Source of the DNA: an archaeon
GTDB taxonomy: Archaea; Nanobdellota; Nanobdellia; Woesearchaeales; GW2011-AR9
Direction: 5' to 3'
Assembly: GCA_018670085.1 (NCBI GenBank)
Contig: JABHRS010000008.1
Span: forward strand, 70,136-134,135
Length of the DNA stretch: 64,000 nucleotides
Notes under the pieces: model-generated
Told to the model about the DNA's origin: nothing
Seen by the model: only the letters and a program-made list of their open reading frames with translations
Database searches by the model: none
Shown here: positions 9,864 through 18,959 of the stretch, in pieces
How the letters are laid out: each line of letters opens with the position of its first letter
How positions within the stretch are numbered: position 1 is the first letter of the stretch
Program-made: the position numbers and the translations under genes

Positions 9864-12800
9864 ATGATGGTTGGAAAAAATAACGGTGCTGCTAAGAGTA
9901 ATTGGACTTTAATTCAGCGAAAGCTATTAGCACTATTTGTAATTTTATTATTTGTAAACATGCCAATAGTTGTGGCACTAGATATTAGTTCAGTTACTAG
10001 TAGTGATATAACTGGGTCAGATGCTGTTGTAACTTGGAACACTGATGAAGAGGCAAGTAGTTCAATTTATTATGGAACTGATATAAGTGATCTTAACTTA
10101 GTTGAAAGTAATTCTGATACTGTGTCTGAACATAGTTTAGCATTATCAGGATTGGAATCTGAAACTGAATATTATTATTATGTTGAGAGTGAGACTGCAA
10201 ATGATTCTGCTAGTGATGATAATTCTGGTGATTATTATTCTTTTACAACAGATGTTGCTGAAGAAGCTGAAACTGCAGAAGAAGCTAGCGAAACTGCAGA
10301 AACAACTGGAGAATCAAGCGAAAGTGAAGACACAAGTTCCATTGGACTAATTGTTGAACATGAAGCTTATGTCGGAAGTGACGAGTTAGATGTTGCGGTG
10401 ACAGCTACTGATAACACTGAAATTCGTGTATATGTAAATGGAGGATATTTTTCTAAAGACTCAGTTGATGCTGAAGAGAGCGGGACTGGAACTTTAACAT
10501 TTAGAAGTGTTCCATTAAATGAAGATCAATTAAACCAGATCACAGTTGAAGCTGTGCTTGGTGATTTAGAAGAAACTGTTACAAGTGATGTATATAGCGA
10601 TGCAACTCATCCAACATTATCTGTTAATAAGATAAATGATTATGTTGAAGAGAGCTCAATTACAATCAGTGGATCCGCAAGTGAGTTGGTTTCAGTTTCT
10701 ATAAAAGTCAATGGAGAAGAAGTAATATCTGGATCTGAAGAGCTGTCTGTAGATTTTTCAGAATCAGTTAATTTAGAAGAAGGTTCCAACACTATAATTA
10801 TCTCTGCAACAGATGCTGGTGGATTAACTACAACTGAAACCGTAAGAGTTACAAGTGATACTGAAGACCCGACAGTGGATGCAGTAATTGAAAAAGGAAA
10901 TGAATATTATCAAAATAGGGCTGAAACTGATATCACAGGAACCACTGAAGCTGGTGCTAAAGTATACTTATTTGTTTATCGACCACAAACTCATGATTAT
11001 TCCCCTGATTTTGATGATGCATGGGAAAAAGTTGAAGCTGATGAAAATGGTGAATTTAGATTCTCAGATATTGATTTTGAAAATGAACCAATTAGTTTTG
11101 ATGACTTAGCACCTTCACAAGTTCCAGCTGGGTTAGAGGAAGTTTCTATCAGCGGAGTTGATACATTAAATGATGCTGATGATTATACTTTTTACATTTA
11201 TATTATCTCAGAAGATGCTAGTGGAAAAACCGGTTATTACAAAGATAGTGTGACTGTTCATTCTTGTTATTCACAGAGTTTGGATTTTCAAATTACTGAT
11301 GTTGCTAAGTTCCAATCACCACTTAGATTAGATCCTACTTTGATGGATGATGGACGCGAGGTAATCTCAGCTGTATTCACACTTGATTACAGAGGAACTG
11401 GTTCAAGTGAAGTAGATGTGTCAACTGGAGCAGTTACAGAAAGTCCATTTCAAATTGGATCTGTAACTATCGAAAAAGCATGTACTCAAAGTATGCTTGA
11501 AGATGAAAAATTCTCACTTGGATGTACATTACTTGGAAGTAAACCAACTGAAATGGAACCAAACAGTGATGGGACTGCATATTATGTAACTTGGAATTTA
11601 GGATCTAGTGAAGATTTAAGTGAAAGAGATACTGATTTTTGGGATGATTTGAAAAAGAGAAAAATTGTTTTTCCATTAAAAGTTTCAGTTAATTATCAAG
11701 AACGTGAAGCAACAGGTGGACAGACTGGATCAAAAACTCAAACTAGTTGTACAGACATTTCTTATTTTGTAGATGTTCCAGTTGATAGTAAGGAATACAT
11801 CCCAGATTGGCTTGCAGAGGATGGAATAAAGGCAATTAATGTAACCATTGAAAAAATCGATAAAATTTTACCTTACTTAGAAAAAGCAATATTGATCACA
11901 AGTATTGGATGTGTAACTTCATTTCTTGGAAAAATTGTAATGCGTTTTGCTAGAATTGCAAGCAGTAATGTGGAAGCTATTAGTGGTGCGGTAAAACAAA
12001 AAACTGGAGAAAAAATCTATTGTCCAAGTTCAACTGAACAATGGAATATGTATTTAGATAGCTCAATTGAGTCTTGGAAAGACAGTATTGAAGATCATGA
12101 TCCTTCTGTAGAGAGCAGAATTAAAGATTACGATAACAGTTATATTGAAGATGAAGATAAACATGGTAAAAGTTTGGATGATAATTGTCCAAGTACAGCT
12201 AACATGTGGAAATTAGAATCTGGTCTTGAGCAAGCTTACAAGTGGACTTGTGATCGGGTATTTTGCCGAGCAGTGCCCGCGAAATGGACTGAAACAAAAG
12301 AGACTTATGAAATTGCAAGTGTGATTCAAAAACAACAACAATGTTCAGTTAGTGGGGCTTGTGTACCACTTCGTGAACAAGAGAACTGTCGTCAGTTCAT
12401 TCAAGATAATCAAAAGGGATTAACATTGGCACAAAATGTTGATGCAGATTTAGATGGGTTAGAAATTGATGGTGGAACTTGCTGGTGGAAAGATGATGAT
12501 GTGGAATTAATTGGAAATTCATTTTCAACATCATTATATTATTTTGATGGAAGTGATGAGGCTGGTGTTGTTAATGAAGATAATGGAGTTTACAAATTAA
12601 AAAAGATTGGAAGAACACTTGCAGATCCTGGAACTGTTTCTGGAGATTCTATCCTAGTGTACAAAGAAGGGGATTCTTATTGTAGTGCTCGTGATGCTTC
12701 ATGTTCCAAACTTTGTGGAAGTAGCCAAGCTGGAAATTTTAGGGCATATGAACCAAGAGATGGTGAAGGATATACTGTTAATCTTAAAGAGGGATTGGCA

Positions 12801-15488
12801 ACTCCTGGTGGTTCTTGTTTTATTGAGACTGAAGATGGTTTAAGTAGTAAGAAGGTAGGCGGAGATGCTCCAAAAGGCAAACAATTTGCAGCAGGATATA
12901 CCGATGATTGTTTTGTTGATAGTGTAGGAGATAAATATCAATGTATCTGTGAGAAGGATGATGATAAAGATGAAGGTGCACTAAAAGGAGCACGTCAAGC
13001 AATTGCAACAATCGAAGGCGAAGGAGATGCCGGAGAAATTCGAGAGAAATTTTTGTACCGCCAAGATCGAGTCTTTAAAGAAAGTTCAAGACTTAGAGGA
13101 ACATATTATCCATCTGAACGTTACTATGCTGGACGTGATTTAGCTGGAGCATTTGGGCAAGATTATTTGCTTGATTATTTGAACAGTGATGGAAACAAAA
13201 GACATCATGAAATTAATCCTAGCACTCAACATATTGGAGCATTTCAATCAATGTGTTTAAGTGGGATTCGTGGACGTTTAGTTTTACTTCGAAATGTTTT
13301 AGATGGACTTCGTCAATGTATTACTGAAGCAAAATATACTGGTCTTCAAGATGCTGGAATGTGTAAAACAATTTTTACTCAACATGTATGTGGTTTAGTT
13401 TACAAAGCAGTTTCTTATTTTACTGATAGCTGTACTCCTTATGGATTTTCAGACAACGGAAAAAGTGGAGATATTTTAGGTGAACAAATTAAAGCAACTT
13501 TTGCCAGTGTTGAACCTGCTATGCAAAGTAGTGTAGATGATTTACTTGCGGATTATGACAATGCTCATTTGAACGAATTTTTCTCTGGTGGCGCTCAAGG
13601 ACTTACTCAATCACTTTGTTTAGCTGCCTTTGGATATGATTTTCCACTTGGTGCTGATTTTATTCAAGATGCAGCTTATTCAGTTGCTATGAAAACTATG
13701 GTTTTAATCACACCAGCTAATAGGGAGTTTACAAATTATAATCCAAAAGATTTGACAACTGTTCATAACTATGAAGTTGCAGCTGTGATCTTTGCTGGTT
13801 GTAGAATTAATAATTATAACACTTATTTGAAATGTATCGGAACTGAAGATCAAGGTCGTCCAGGGATTGATACTAGCTGTGATGGGGAAGGATGTGATTG
13901 CTTATCAATTAAAACAGACACTTATGCTAGTCAAAGAATCCGTAATTTGGATGGCGGGACAGGATATGGGGTAGCTGCAGGTGAAATGGTTGATATTAAA
14001 CTTACAAGTCCTCAAAAAATTGATAGTCCTTACAGATACGATCATGTGGTTGTGGAAGTTGATTTGGATCCAAACGAGAACCCAGAGAAATGTTTTGATG
14101 AAGGTTATCGAACAGACACTGGTGGAATTTTTTATATGCCAATTAATGATATTACACCACCTGGGTTAGTTAGTTGTCAAGTTGAATCATTAACTGGGAG
14201 ATATACTTGTCCTGAGATTGGCGAATTATTTTATGGAGACGAAGGTCTTGCTTATTTAGAAGCACCTTACATTGAATGCCGTGATCCTTCAACAGGTGAC
14301 TTTGAAAGTTGTGGTACTCCTAACATGCTCTTGCTAAATAATAATGATAAAGATTTGGTAATCAAACCGTATGTATACACAGATGGTGCTGGTTATTGTA
14401 TGAAAATAAAAGTGACTGGTTCTGGAACAGATTATGGGACTGAAATTGTAAAAATACCTGTTGGACAAACAGGAGGAATGGCACCAAGTATTGATATCGG
14501 AGAAATTTCAGATGAAATGTTTGGTGAATACAGTAATGATCTGAAATTAGTTAGTGGAAGTAATGTTGGATGTACTCAACTCGGAGTTACTAACAGTCCG
14601 TCAAGTGTTAGCAGTTCAAGTATCAATTTTAAGTATTCAATCGGAGCTAGAAGTGATGGTAGTGATGGATACAAAGTGACAATCCCTGAAGATGTAACAT
14701 TTGTAACAACCGGTTATGAACTAAGTAGTAGCGCAAATAGATATCTAATATCTACAACATCTTCGGAAACCTATTTGGATTTAGATGAGATTAATGATAT
14801 CTCTTTTGAATATGAAGGATTCGAATTTCATAATATTTTAGGGAAAGCTAGTGCAGCAGGAGATAAATATTGTAAATATAAAGTACAAGTAGCATCTAGT
14901 TCAATAAATACTCGTAATGAAGCAAGTATAGGTGTAGAAGTCGCATTACTTCAAATGCCAGAAGGTGGATCCTGTTATTCTGCAAAAATTCCAGTAACTG
15001 ATAATGCACTTGGAGCTAGTAGTAAGAAAGTGACAGTTGTAATTCAAAAAGAGTCAGTTGCTGTTGCAAGTACTAGTAACCTTCATAGTAATTTTTTAGC
15101 AGGAGATTATGAGGATGTAATTGATATGGCCTCAACTCTGATCTTAGAAGAACCTGGAACACTTAGTGAAGCAGAAGGAATTTATTATTATGTGATGAGT
15201 TTGGGTGCCTTGGGAGTTAAAGGTAGTGGTATCGATTATTATGAAACTGAAATGGTGAACCTGATGAAAAGGTTCTTTTTCCGAGTTGATACTTCAAGTG
15301 ATTTAGTAACTACTTTTGATGATGATGTTCAAAGTTATGCTGAATTTCAAAATTATAGAAATTATCTTTGTAAAATTGCAGATGAACTTAGTGTTGGAAG
15401 TAGAAATTTTGTAGATGTTAATAATCAAAAAGATGTAACTTATGATTCTTCAACAGGGAAGGGGACTAGTATGTGGGGATGTATTTAG
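9864..15488 (+). CDS. giant (1874 aa) surface protein: signal anchor, FN3-like domain, acidic linker, Ig-like repeats, internal hydrophobic segment, about 1150-aa Cys-rich region
   Basis: LLALFVILLFVNMPIVVA anchor. VVTWNTDEEASSSIYYG...ETEYYYYV (FN3-like). EEAETAEEASETAETT linker. Repeats ending in DTEDPTV. AILITSIGCVTSFLGKIVMRFA. More than 40 Cys by eye downstream. Confidence 0.7.
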   Translation: MMVGKNNGAAKSNWTLIQRKLLALFVILLFVNMPIVVALDISSVTSSDITGSDAVVTWNTDEEASSSIYYGTDISDLNLVESNSDTVSEHSLALSGLESETEYYYYVESETANDSASDDNSGDYYSFTTDVAEEAETAEEASETAETTGESSESEDTSSIGLIVEHEAYVGSDELDVAVTATDNTEIRVYVNGGYFSKDSVDAEESGTGTLTFRSVPLNEDQLNQITVEAVLGDLEETVTSDVYSDATHPTLSVNKINDYVEESSITISGSASELVSVSIKVNGEEVISGSEELSVDFSESVNLEEGSNTIIISATDAGGLTTTETVRVTSDTEDPTVDAVIEKGNEYYQNRAETDITGTTEAGAKVYLFVYRPQTHDYSPDFDDAWEKVEADENGEFRFSDIDFENEPISFDDLAPSQVPAGLEEVSISGVDTLNDADDYTFYIYIISEDASGKTGYYKDSVTVHSCYSQSLDFQITDVAKFQSPLRLDPTLMDDGREVISAVFTLDYRGTGSSEVDVSTGAVTESPFQIGSVTIEKACTQSMLEDEKFSLGCTLLGSKPTEMEPNSDGTAYYVTWNLGSSEDLSERDTDFWDDLKKRKIVFPLKVSVNYQEREATGGQTGSKTQTSCTDISYFVDVPVDSKEYIPDWLAEDGIKAINVTIEKIDKILPYLEKAILITSIGCVTSFLGKIVMRFARIASSNVEAISGAVKQKTGEKIYCPSSTEQWNMYLDSSIESWKDSIEDHDPSVESRIKDYDNSYIEDEDKHGKSLDDNCPSTANMWKLESGLEQAYKWTCDRVFCRAVPAKWTETKETYEIASVIQKQQQCSVSGACVPLREQENCRQFIQDNQKGLTLAQNVDADLDGLEIDGGTCWWKDDDVELIGNSFSTSLYYFDGSDEAGVVNEDNGVYKLKKIGRTLADPGTVSGDSILVYKEGDSYCSARDASCSKLCGSSQAGNFRAYEPRDGEGYTVNLKEGLATPGGSCFIETEDGLSSKKVGGDAPKGKQFAAGYTDDCFVDSVGDKYQCICEKDDDKDEGALKGARQAIATIEGEGDAGEIREKFLYRQDRVFKESSRLRGTYYPSERYYAGRDLAGAFGQDYLLDYLNSDGNKRHHEINPSTQHIGAFQSMCLSGIRGRLVLLRNVLDGLRQCITEAKYTGLQDAGMCKTIFTQHVCGLVYKAVSYFTDSCTPYGFSDNGKSGDILGEQIKATFASVEPAMQSSVDDLLADYDNAHLNEFFSGGAQGLTQSLCLAAFGYDFPLGADFIQDAAYSVAMKTMVLITPANREFTNYNPKDLTTVHNYEVAAVIFAGCRINNYNTYLKCIGTEDQGRPGIDTSCDGEGCDCLSIKTDTYASQRIRNLDGGTGYGVAAGEMVDIKLTSPQKIDSPYRYDHVVVEVDLDPNENPEKCFDEGYRTDTGGIFYMPINDITPPGLVSCQVESLTGRYTCPEIGELFYGDEGLAYLEAPYIECRDPSTGDFESCGTPNMLLLNNNDKDLVIKPYVYTDGAGYCMKIKVTGSGTDYGTEIVKIPVGQTGGMAPSIDIGEISDEMFGEYSNDLKLVSGSNVGCTQLGVTNSPSSVSSSSINFKYSIGARSDGSDGYKVTIPEDVTFVTTGYELSSSANRYLISTTSSETYLDLDEINDISFEYEGFEFHNILGKASAAGDKYCKYKVQVASSSINTRNEASIGVEVALLQMPEGGSCYSAKIPVTDNALGASSKKVTVVIQKESVAVASTSNLHSNFLAGDYEDVIDMASTLILEEPGTLSEAEGIYYYVMSLGALGVKGSGIDYYETEMVNLMKRFFFRVDTSSDLVTTFDDDVQSYAEFQNYRNYLCKIADELSVGSRNFVDVNNQKDVTYDSSTGKGTSMWGCI

Positions 15489-15525
15489 TGATTGAGGTTA
15501 ATTGATTCAAATTTAAAATAAAAAA

Positions 15526-16113
15526 ATGGTTGGAAATAAAGGGGGGTTGGCAATAGAATCTTTGGCACTATTAGTCACAGTGTTAATCACTAGTGCTGCA
15601 GTTTTTTATTTAGTCCAGAGTGGGATTGTAACTGTTGAAGGTTCAGGTAATGGAGCTGGTTCTGCAAGTTTACAAGACCAATTTTTGAATGTGGAATTTT
15701 TCCCTATAGCTCAAGGGGGAACTTTAGCAATCCAAGATTTCACTCTTTGTTATGAAGATGATGTAAATCATAACAGTCTACTTTGTGATCAAGAGAGGGA
15801 GTTATTTTTTGTTGGTGATCAGGTGCATTTTAGTTTTCAAGTTATTAGTAGTAGTTACCTCGGATCAATTGAACTGTTTGAGAATTACCGGCTTCTTGGA
15901 CCAGGCGGAGACATTCTTTTAGATGTGAATGCAAAGGAAGACTTTGAGTTTGAAGCAGATGCAGATGAATCAGTCGAAGGGGTATTTTTTCATGATTATT
16001 TTATCTTAGATGATAGTGATCCTGTTGGTGTTTATACCTTGGAACTTGTAATTACTAATCCATTGATTGGAAAGGAAGTAGTACTTAGAAAAGAAGTTGT
16101 AGTGACTGGGTAG
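15526..16113 (+). CDS. small anchored protein with a type IV pilin-like N-terminus and a beta-sandwich-like body
   Basis: MVGNKGGLAIESLALLVTVLITSAAVFYLV has Gly then Glu at +5 if cleaved after KG, followed by a hydrophobic helix. It lies 37 nt after the giant ORF with no separate TATA at -30. Confidence 0.55.
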   Translation: MVGNKGGLAIESLALLVTVLITSAAVFYLVQSGIVTVEGSGNGAGSASLQDQFLNVEFFPIAQGGTLAIQDFTLCYEDDVNHNSLLCDQERELFFVGDQVHFSFQVISSSYLGSIELFENYRLLGPGGDILLDVNAKEDFEFEADADESVEGVFFHDYFILDDSDPVGVYTLELVITNPLIGKEVVLRKEVVVTG

Positions 16114-16125
16114 ATTAACTATTGC

Positions 16126-16167
16126 TTGTTAACTTTTGATTATAACTTTTCATTGTTAACTTTTGAT
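16126..16167. repeat. two copies of TTGTTAACTTTTGAT (16126-16140, 16153-16167) upstream of eno
   Basis: Perfect 15-nt direct repeat with 27-nt periodicity. Each copy contains the palindrome GTTAAC. Confidence 0.6.
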
Positions 16168-16196
16168 CATTTTGAATATTTACTGGGAAAAATAAA

Positions 16197-17489
16197 ATGA
16201 AAATAAATTCAGTGCATGCCAGGGAAATTTTAGACAGTAGAGGAAATCCAACTGTGGAGGTTGAGATTTCAACTAAACTTGGATCTTTTATAGGGGTAAG
16301 CCCTAGCGGTGCGTCTACTGGAGAGCATGAAGCCGTTGAAAAACGTGATGGAGGATCTCGCTATTTAGGTAAGGGAGTTAAAAAATCTGTTCAACTGATA
16401 AATTCTAAAATTGCTAAATCACTAATAGGTAAATCTTGTCTGAATCAAAAAAAATTGGATGAATTGCTTTGTTTAATTGATGGGACTGATGATAAACGAA
16501 AAATTGGAGCAAATGGTATTGTTGCATGTTCAATGGCTATTGCAAGGGCAGGAGCTGCAAGTTATAAAAAACCACTTTATACTCATTTGAATGATATTTA
16601 TTCTAAACTGTATGGGAAAAAAATTGCTGTGAAAATTCCTCAAGGATATTTTAATGTACTAAACGGGGGGAGGCATGCAGCAAATAAACTAGCTTTTCAA
16701 GAATTTATGTTGGTACCTAGTGCAAATTCATTTGCTAAACAATTACAAATGGTCAGTGAGATTTATCATCATTTGCAAGTTTTGCTGATTAAAAAATTTC
16801 CTGGTCAAGTAATTGCAGTTGGCGATGAAGGAGGATTTGCACCGCCACTTAGTAAACCTGAAGAAGCTCTTAATTTATTAGTTAAAGCAGTTGAGATTGC
16901 AGGATATTCAAAGAAGGTATCTTTTGCAATGGATGTTGCAGCTAGTGAATTTTATTCTGAAAGAAAAGGCCGTGGAAAATCAAGTGGAGAGTATAGAGCA
17001 CACAAGATGTTTAATGCTAGTAGTTTAATGAAATACTATATCTCTCTTTGTGAAAAATATAATATAGTTTCTATTGAAGATCCATTTGATGAAAATGCAT
17101 TTGTAGATTTTGCTAGCTTAAGAAAATTAATATCTCAAAATTCTAACTTGAAAAAAAGGAAGATTCAAATAGTCGGAGATGATCTTACTTGTACTAACAG
17201 TTTGCGGGTAAAGGTTGCAGTTCTTGAAGAGAGTTGTGATTGTTTACTCTTGAAAGTAAATCAAATTGGGACCGTAACTGAGGCGATGCAATCAGCTGTG
17301 CTTGCTCAAAAAAATGGATGGAAAGTAATGGTGTCTCACAGAAGTGGAGAAACTTCCGATACTTTTATTGCAGACCTTGCTGTTGGAATTGGCTGTGGTC
17401 AAATTAAATCAGGATCAACTGCTCGAGGCGAGAGAGTTGCTAAATACAATCAATTACTCAGAATTGAAGAGAGGATGAAAAGGAGATGA
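16197..17489 (+). CDS. eno: enolase
   Basis: MKINSVHAREILDSRGNPTVEVEI, SHRSGETSDTFIADLAVG and KYNQLLRIEE are canonical enolase motifs. 430 aa. Confidence 0.95.
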   Translation: MKINSVHAREILDSRGNPTVEVEISTKLGSFIGVSPSGASTGEHEAVEKRDGGSRYLGKGVKKSVQLINSKIAKSLIGKSCLNQKKLDELLCLIDGTDDKRKIGANGIVACSMAIARAGAASYKKPLYTHLNDIYSKLYGKKIAVKIPQGYFNVLNGGRHAANKLAFQEFMLVPSANSFAKQLQMVSEIYHHLQVLLIKKFPGQVIAVGDEGGFAPPLSKPEEALNLLVKAVEIAGYSKKVSFAMDVAASEFYSERKGRGKSSGEYRAHKMFNASSLMKYYISLCEKYNIVSIEDPFDENAFVDFASLRKLISQNSNLKKRKIQIVGDDLTCTNSLRVKVAVLEESCDCLLLKVNQIGTVTEAMQSAVLAQKNGWKVMVSHRSGETSDTFIADLAVGIGCGQIKSGSTARGERVAKYNQLLRIEERMKRR

Positions 17490-18862
17490 ATTTTCGATTT
17501 AAATTATTGTTTCAATTATTCTTAATGATTCTAGTAGTTAGTAGTTTATCATTTGTGGTTTTTGCTCCAGCTCCCGGTAGTGGTTCTGCATCTTTAGGTG
17601 AAGATGATTTGGCTTGTCGTGATCAAAATGACTGTGATGAAATTGATGAAGCGTGGGTATTGTTTGTTAGTATTACTGGAGTGAATGGTGGAAGTCAAGA
17701 TGTTTGGCAAGCAAAAGAGAAGAGTAGTGGTGATTATGGTGGAGATTGGGTAGCTTATTCTGAGAAGTATCCAAGTGATGATGATTTAACAATTGAATGT
17801 GATGAGAAATTAACTTGTGGTGATTTAACAGAGATTAAAAGTGGAGATAATATTGATGCAAACTCTGGGTCTGAATCTAATTGTGCAAAGAGTGAGGTAG
17901 TATCAGATTTTGAAAAGGCAGCCGCAGCGTTTGAATCAAAATCAAGTAAAAAAATAGTTTTAACTAGTGGGTTTAGAACTATTCAAAGTCAAGCTGAACT
18001 TTATTGGACTAACTGTTATGATAAAACTGGCACTGGAGACACCGGAAGACTTGGTAGTTGTGATCCTCCAACAGCTGCTTTAGGTATTAGTTCAACTGTG
18101 TTAGATGATTACACAAGTCATGATGAAGTTATTAATGAGTTTTGTGAAAATGGTAATTATAATGTTGGTTATCATACTAAAGGAACTGCGCTTGACATTT
18201 GGCCTGAAGGAACTGTTGATGATTGGGTTGCAAACGTGAAGTTAATGAATCAAATGCAAGACAAAATGGAAGATAATGGATTTTGTAGATTAGCTTCAGA
18301 AGGATGGCATTATGATTATAAGAGTTCATGCGGCAGTTCTGGAAGTGCTGCTAAAGGTGATTATACTTATAGTAGAAGTGGAGTTACTGATGATTATGAT
18401 CCAGTTAGTGAATGTAAAAAAAATGGTTGTGCTTTGGAAGACTGTTGGTGGGATTATCTTAAACATGAAATTGATGAGTCTAAATCAGTTTGTAATTTAA
18501 CTCCATGTTCAGAATATCAAGAAGATGGATATTATTGCAGTGTTAATGTAGGATCAGATTCAGATGCAAAATGTGTAGATCCTTCTGATAATGAGGAATA
18601 TGTCTGTGATAATGATTTAGAGTATTGTTCTGTTTATGATGATGAAGAGGTTTATTCTTGTGAGGTGTTGAATAATAAATGTTATATCATAACTTCTAGT
18701 TCATCTTATAACTTAGGAGATGGATTTGATTGTATAAATGATCAAAAAAGTTGTTCATCATATTCTCTGGATGATTATGATTGTGGGTCTATCATCTTGA
18801 GTAATACTGATTGTACTGATAAATTAACTGGAAAGTCTTATTATTGTTATAATGATTATTGA
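17486..18862 (+). CDS. secreted Cys-rich protein with an M15 (LAS-family, VanY/D-Ala-D-Ala carboxypeptidase-like) zinc peptidase domain
   Basis: Signal anchor LLFQLFLMILVVSSLSFVVFA. TSGFRTIQSQAELYW, GYHTKGTALDIW (HxxGxAxD) and SEGWHYDY (ExWH). The C-terminal 150 aa is very Cys/Asp-rich. The start overlaps the eno stop (ATGA). Confidence 0.7.
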   Translation: MNFRFKLLFQLFLMILVVSSLSFVVFAPAPGSGSASLGEDDLACRDQNDCDEIDEAWVLFVSITGVNGGSQDVWQAKEKSSGDYGGDWVAYSEKYPSDDDLTIECDEKLTCGDLTEIKSGDNIDANSGSESNCAKSEVVSDFEKAAAAFESKSSKKIVLTSGFRTIQSQAELYWTNCYDKTGTGDTGRLGSCDPPTAALGISSTVLDDYTSHDEVINEFCENGNYNVGYHTKGTALDIWPEGTVDDWVANVKLMNQMQDKMEDNGFCRLASEGWHYDYKSSCGSSGSAAKGDYTYSRSGVTDDYDPVSECKKNGCALEDCWWDYLKHEIDESKSVCNLTPCSEYQEDGYYCSVNVGSDSDAKCVDPSDNEEYVCDNDLEYCSVYDDEEVYSCEVLNNKCYIITSSSSYNLGDGFDCINDQKSCSSYSLDDYDCGSIILSNTDCTDKLTGKSYYCYNDY

Positions 18863-18959
18863 TCATGTTCATTATTTTTATTGTCAAAAGAGGTTAATTA
18901 ATGATAATGTCTTTCCTTCTTCGAAATCTTTTTGAACAAGTTCCACTTTTGGTAGTTAA

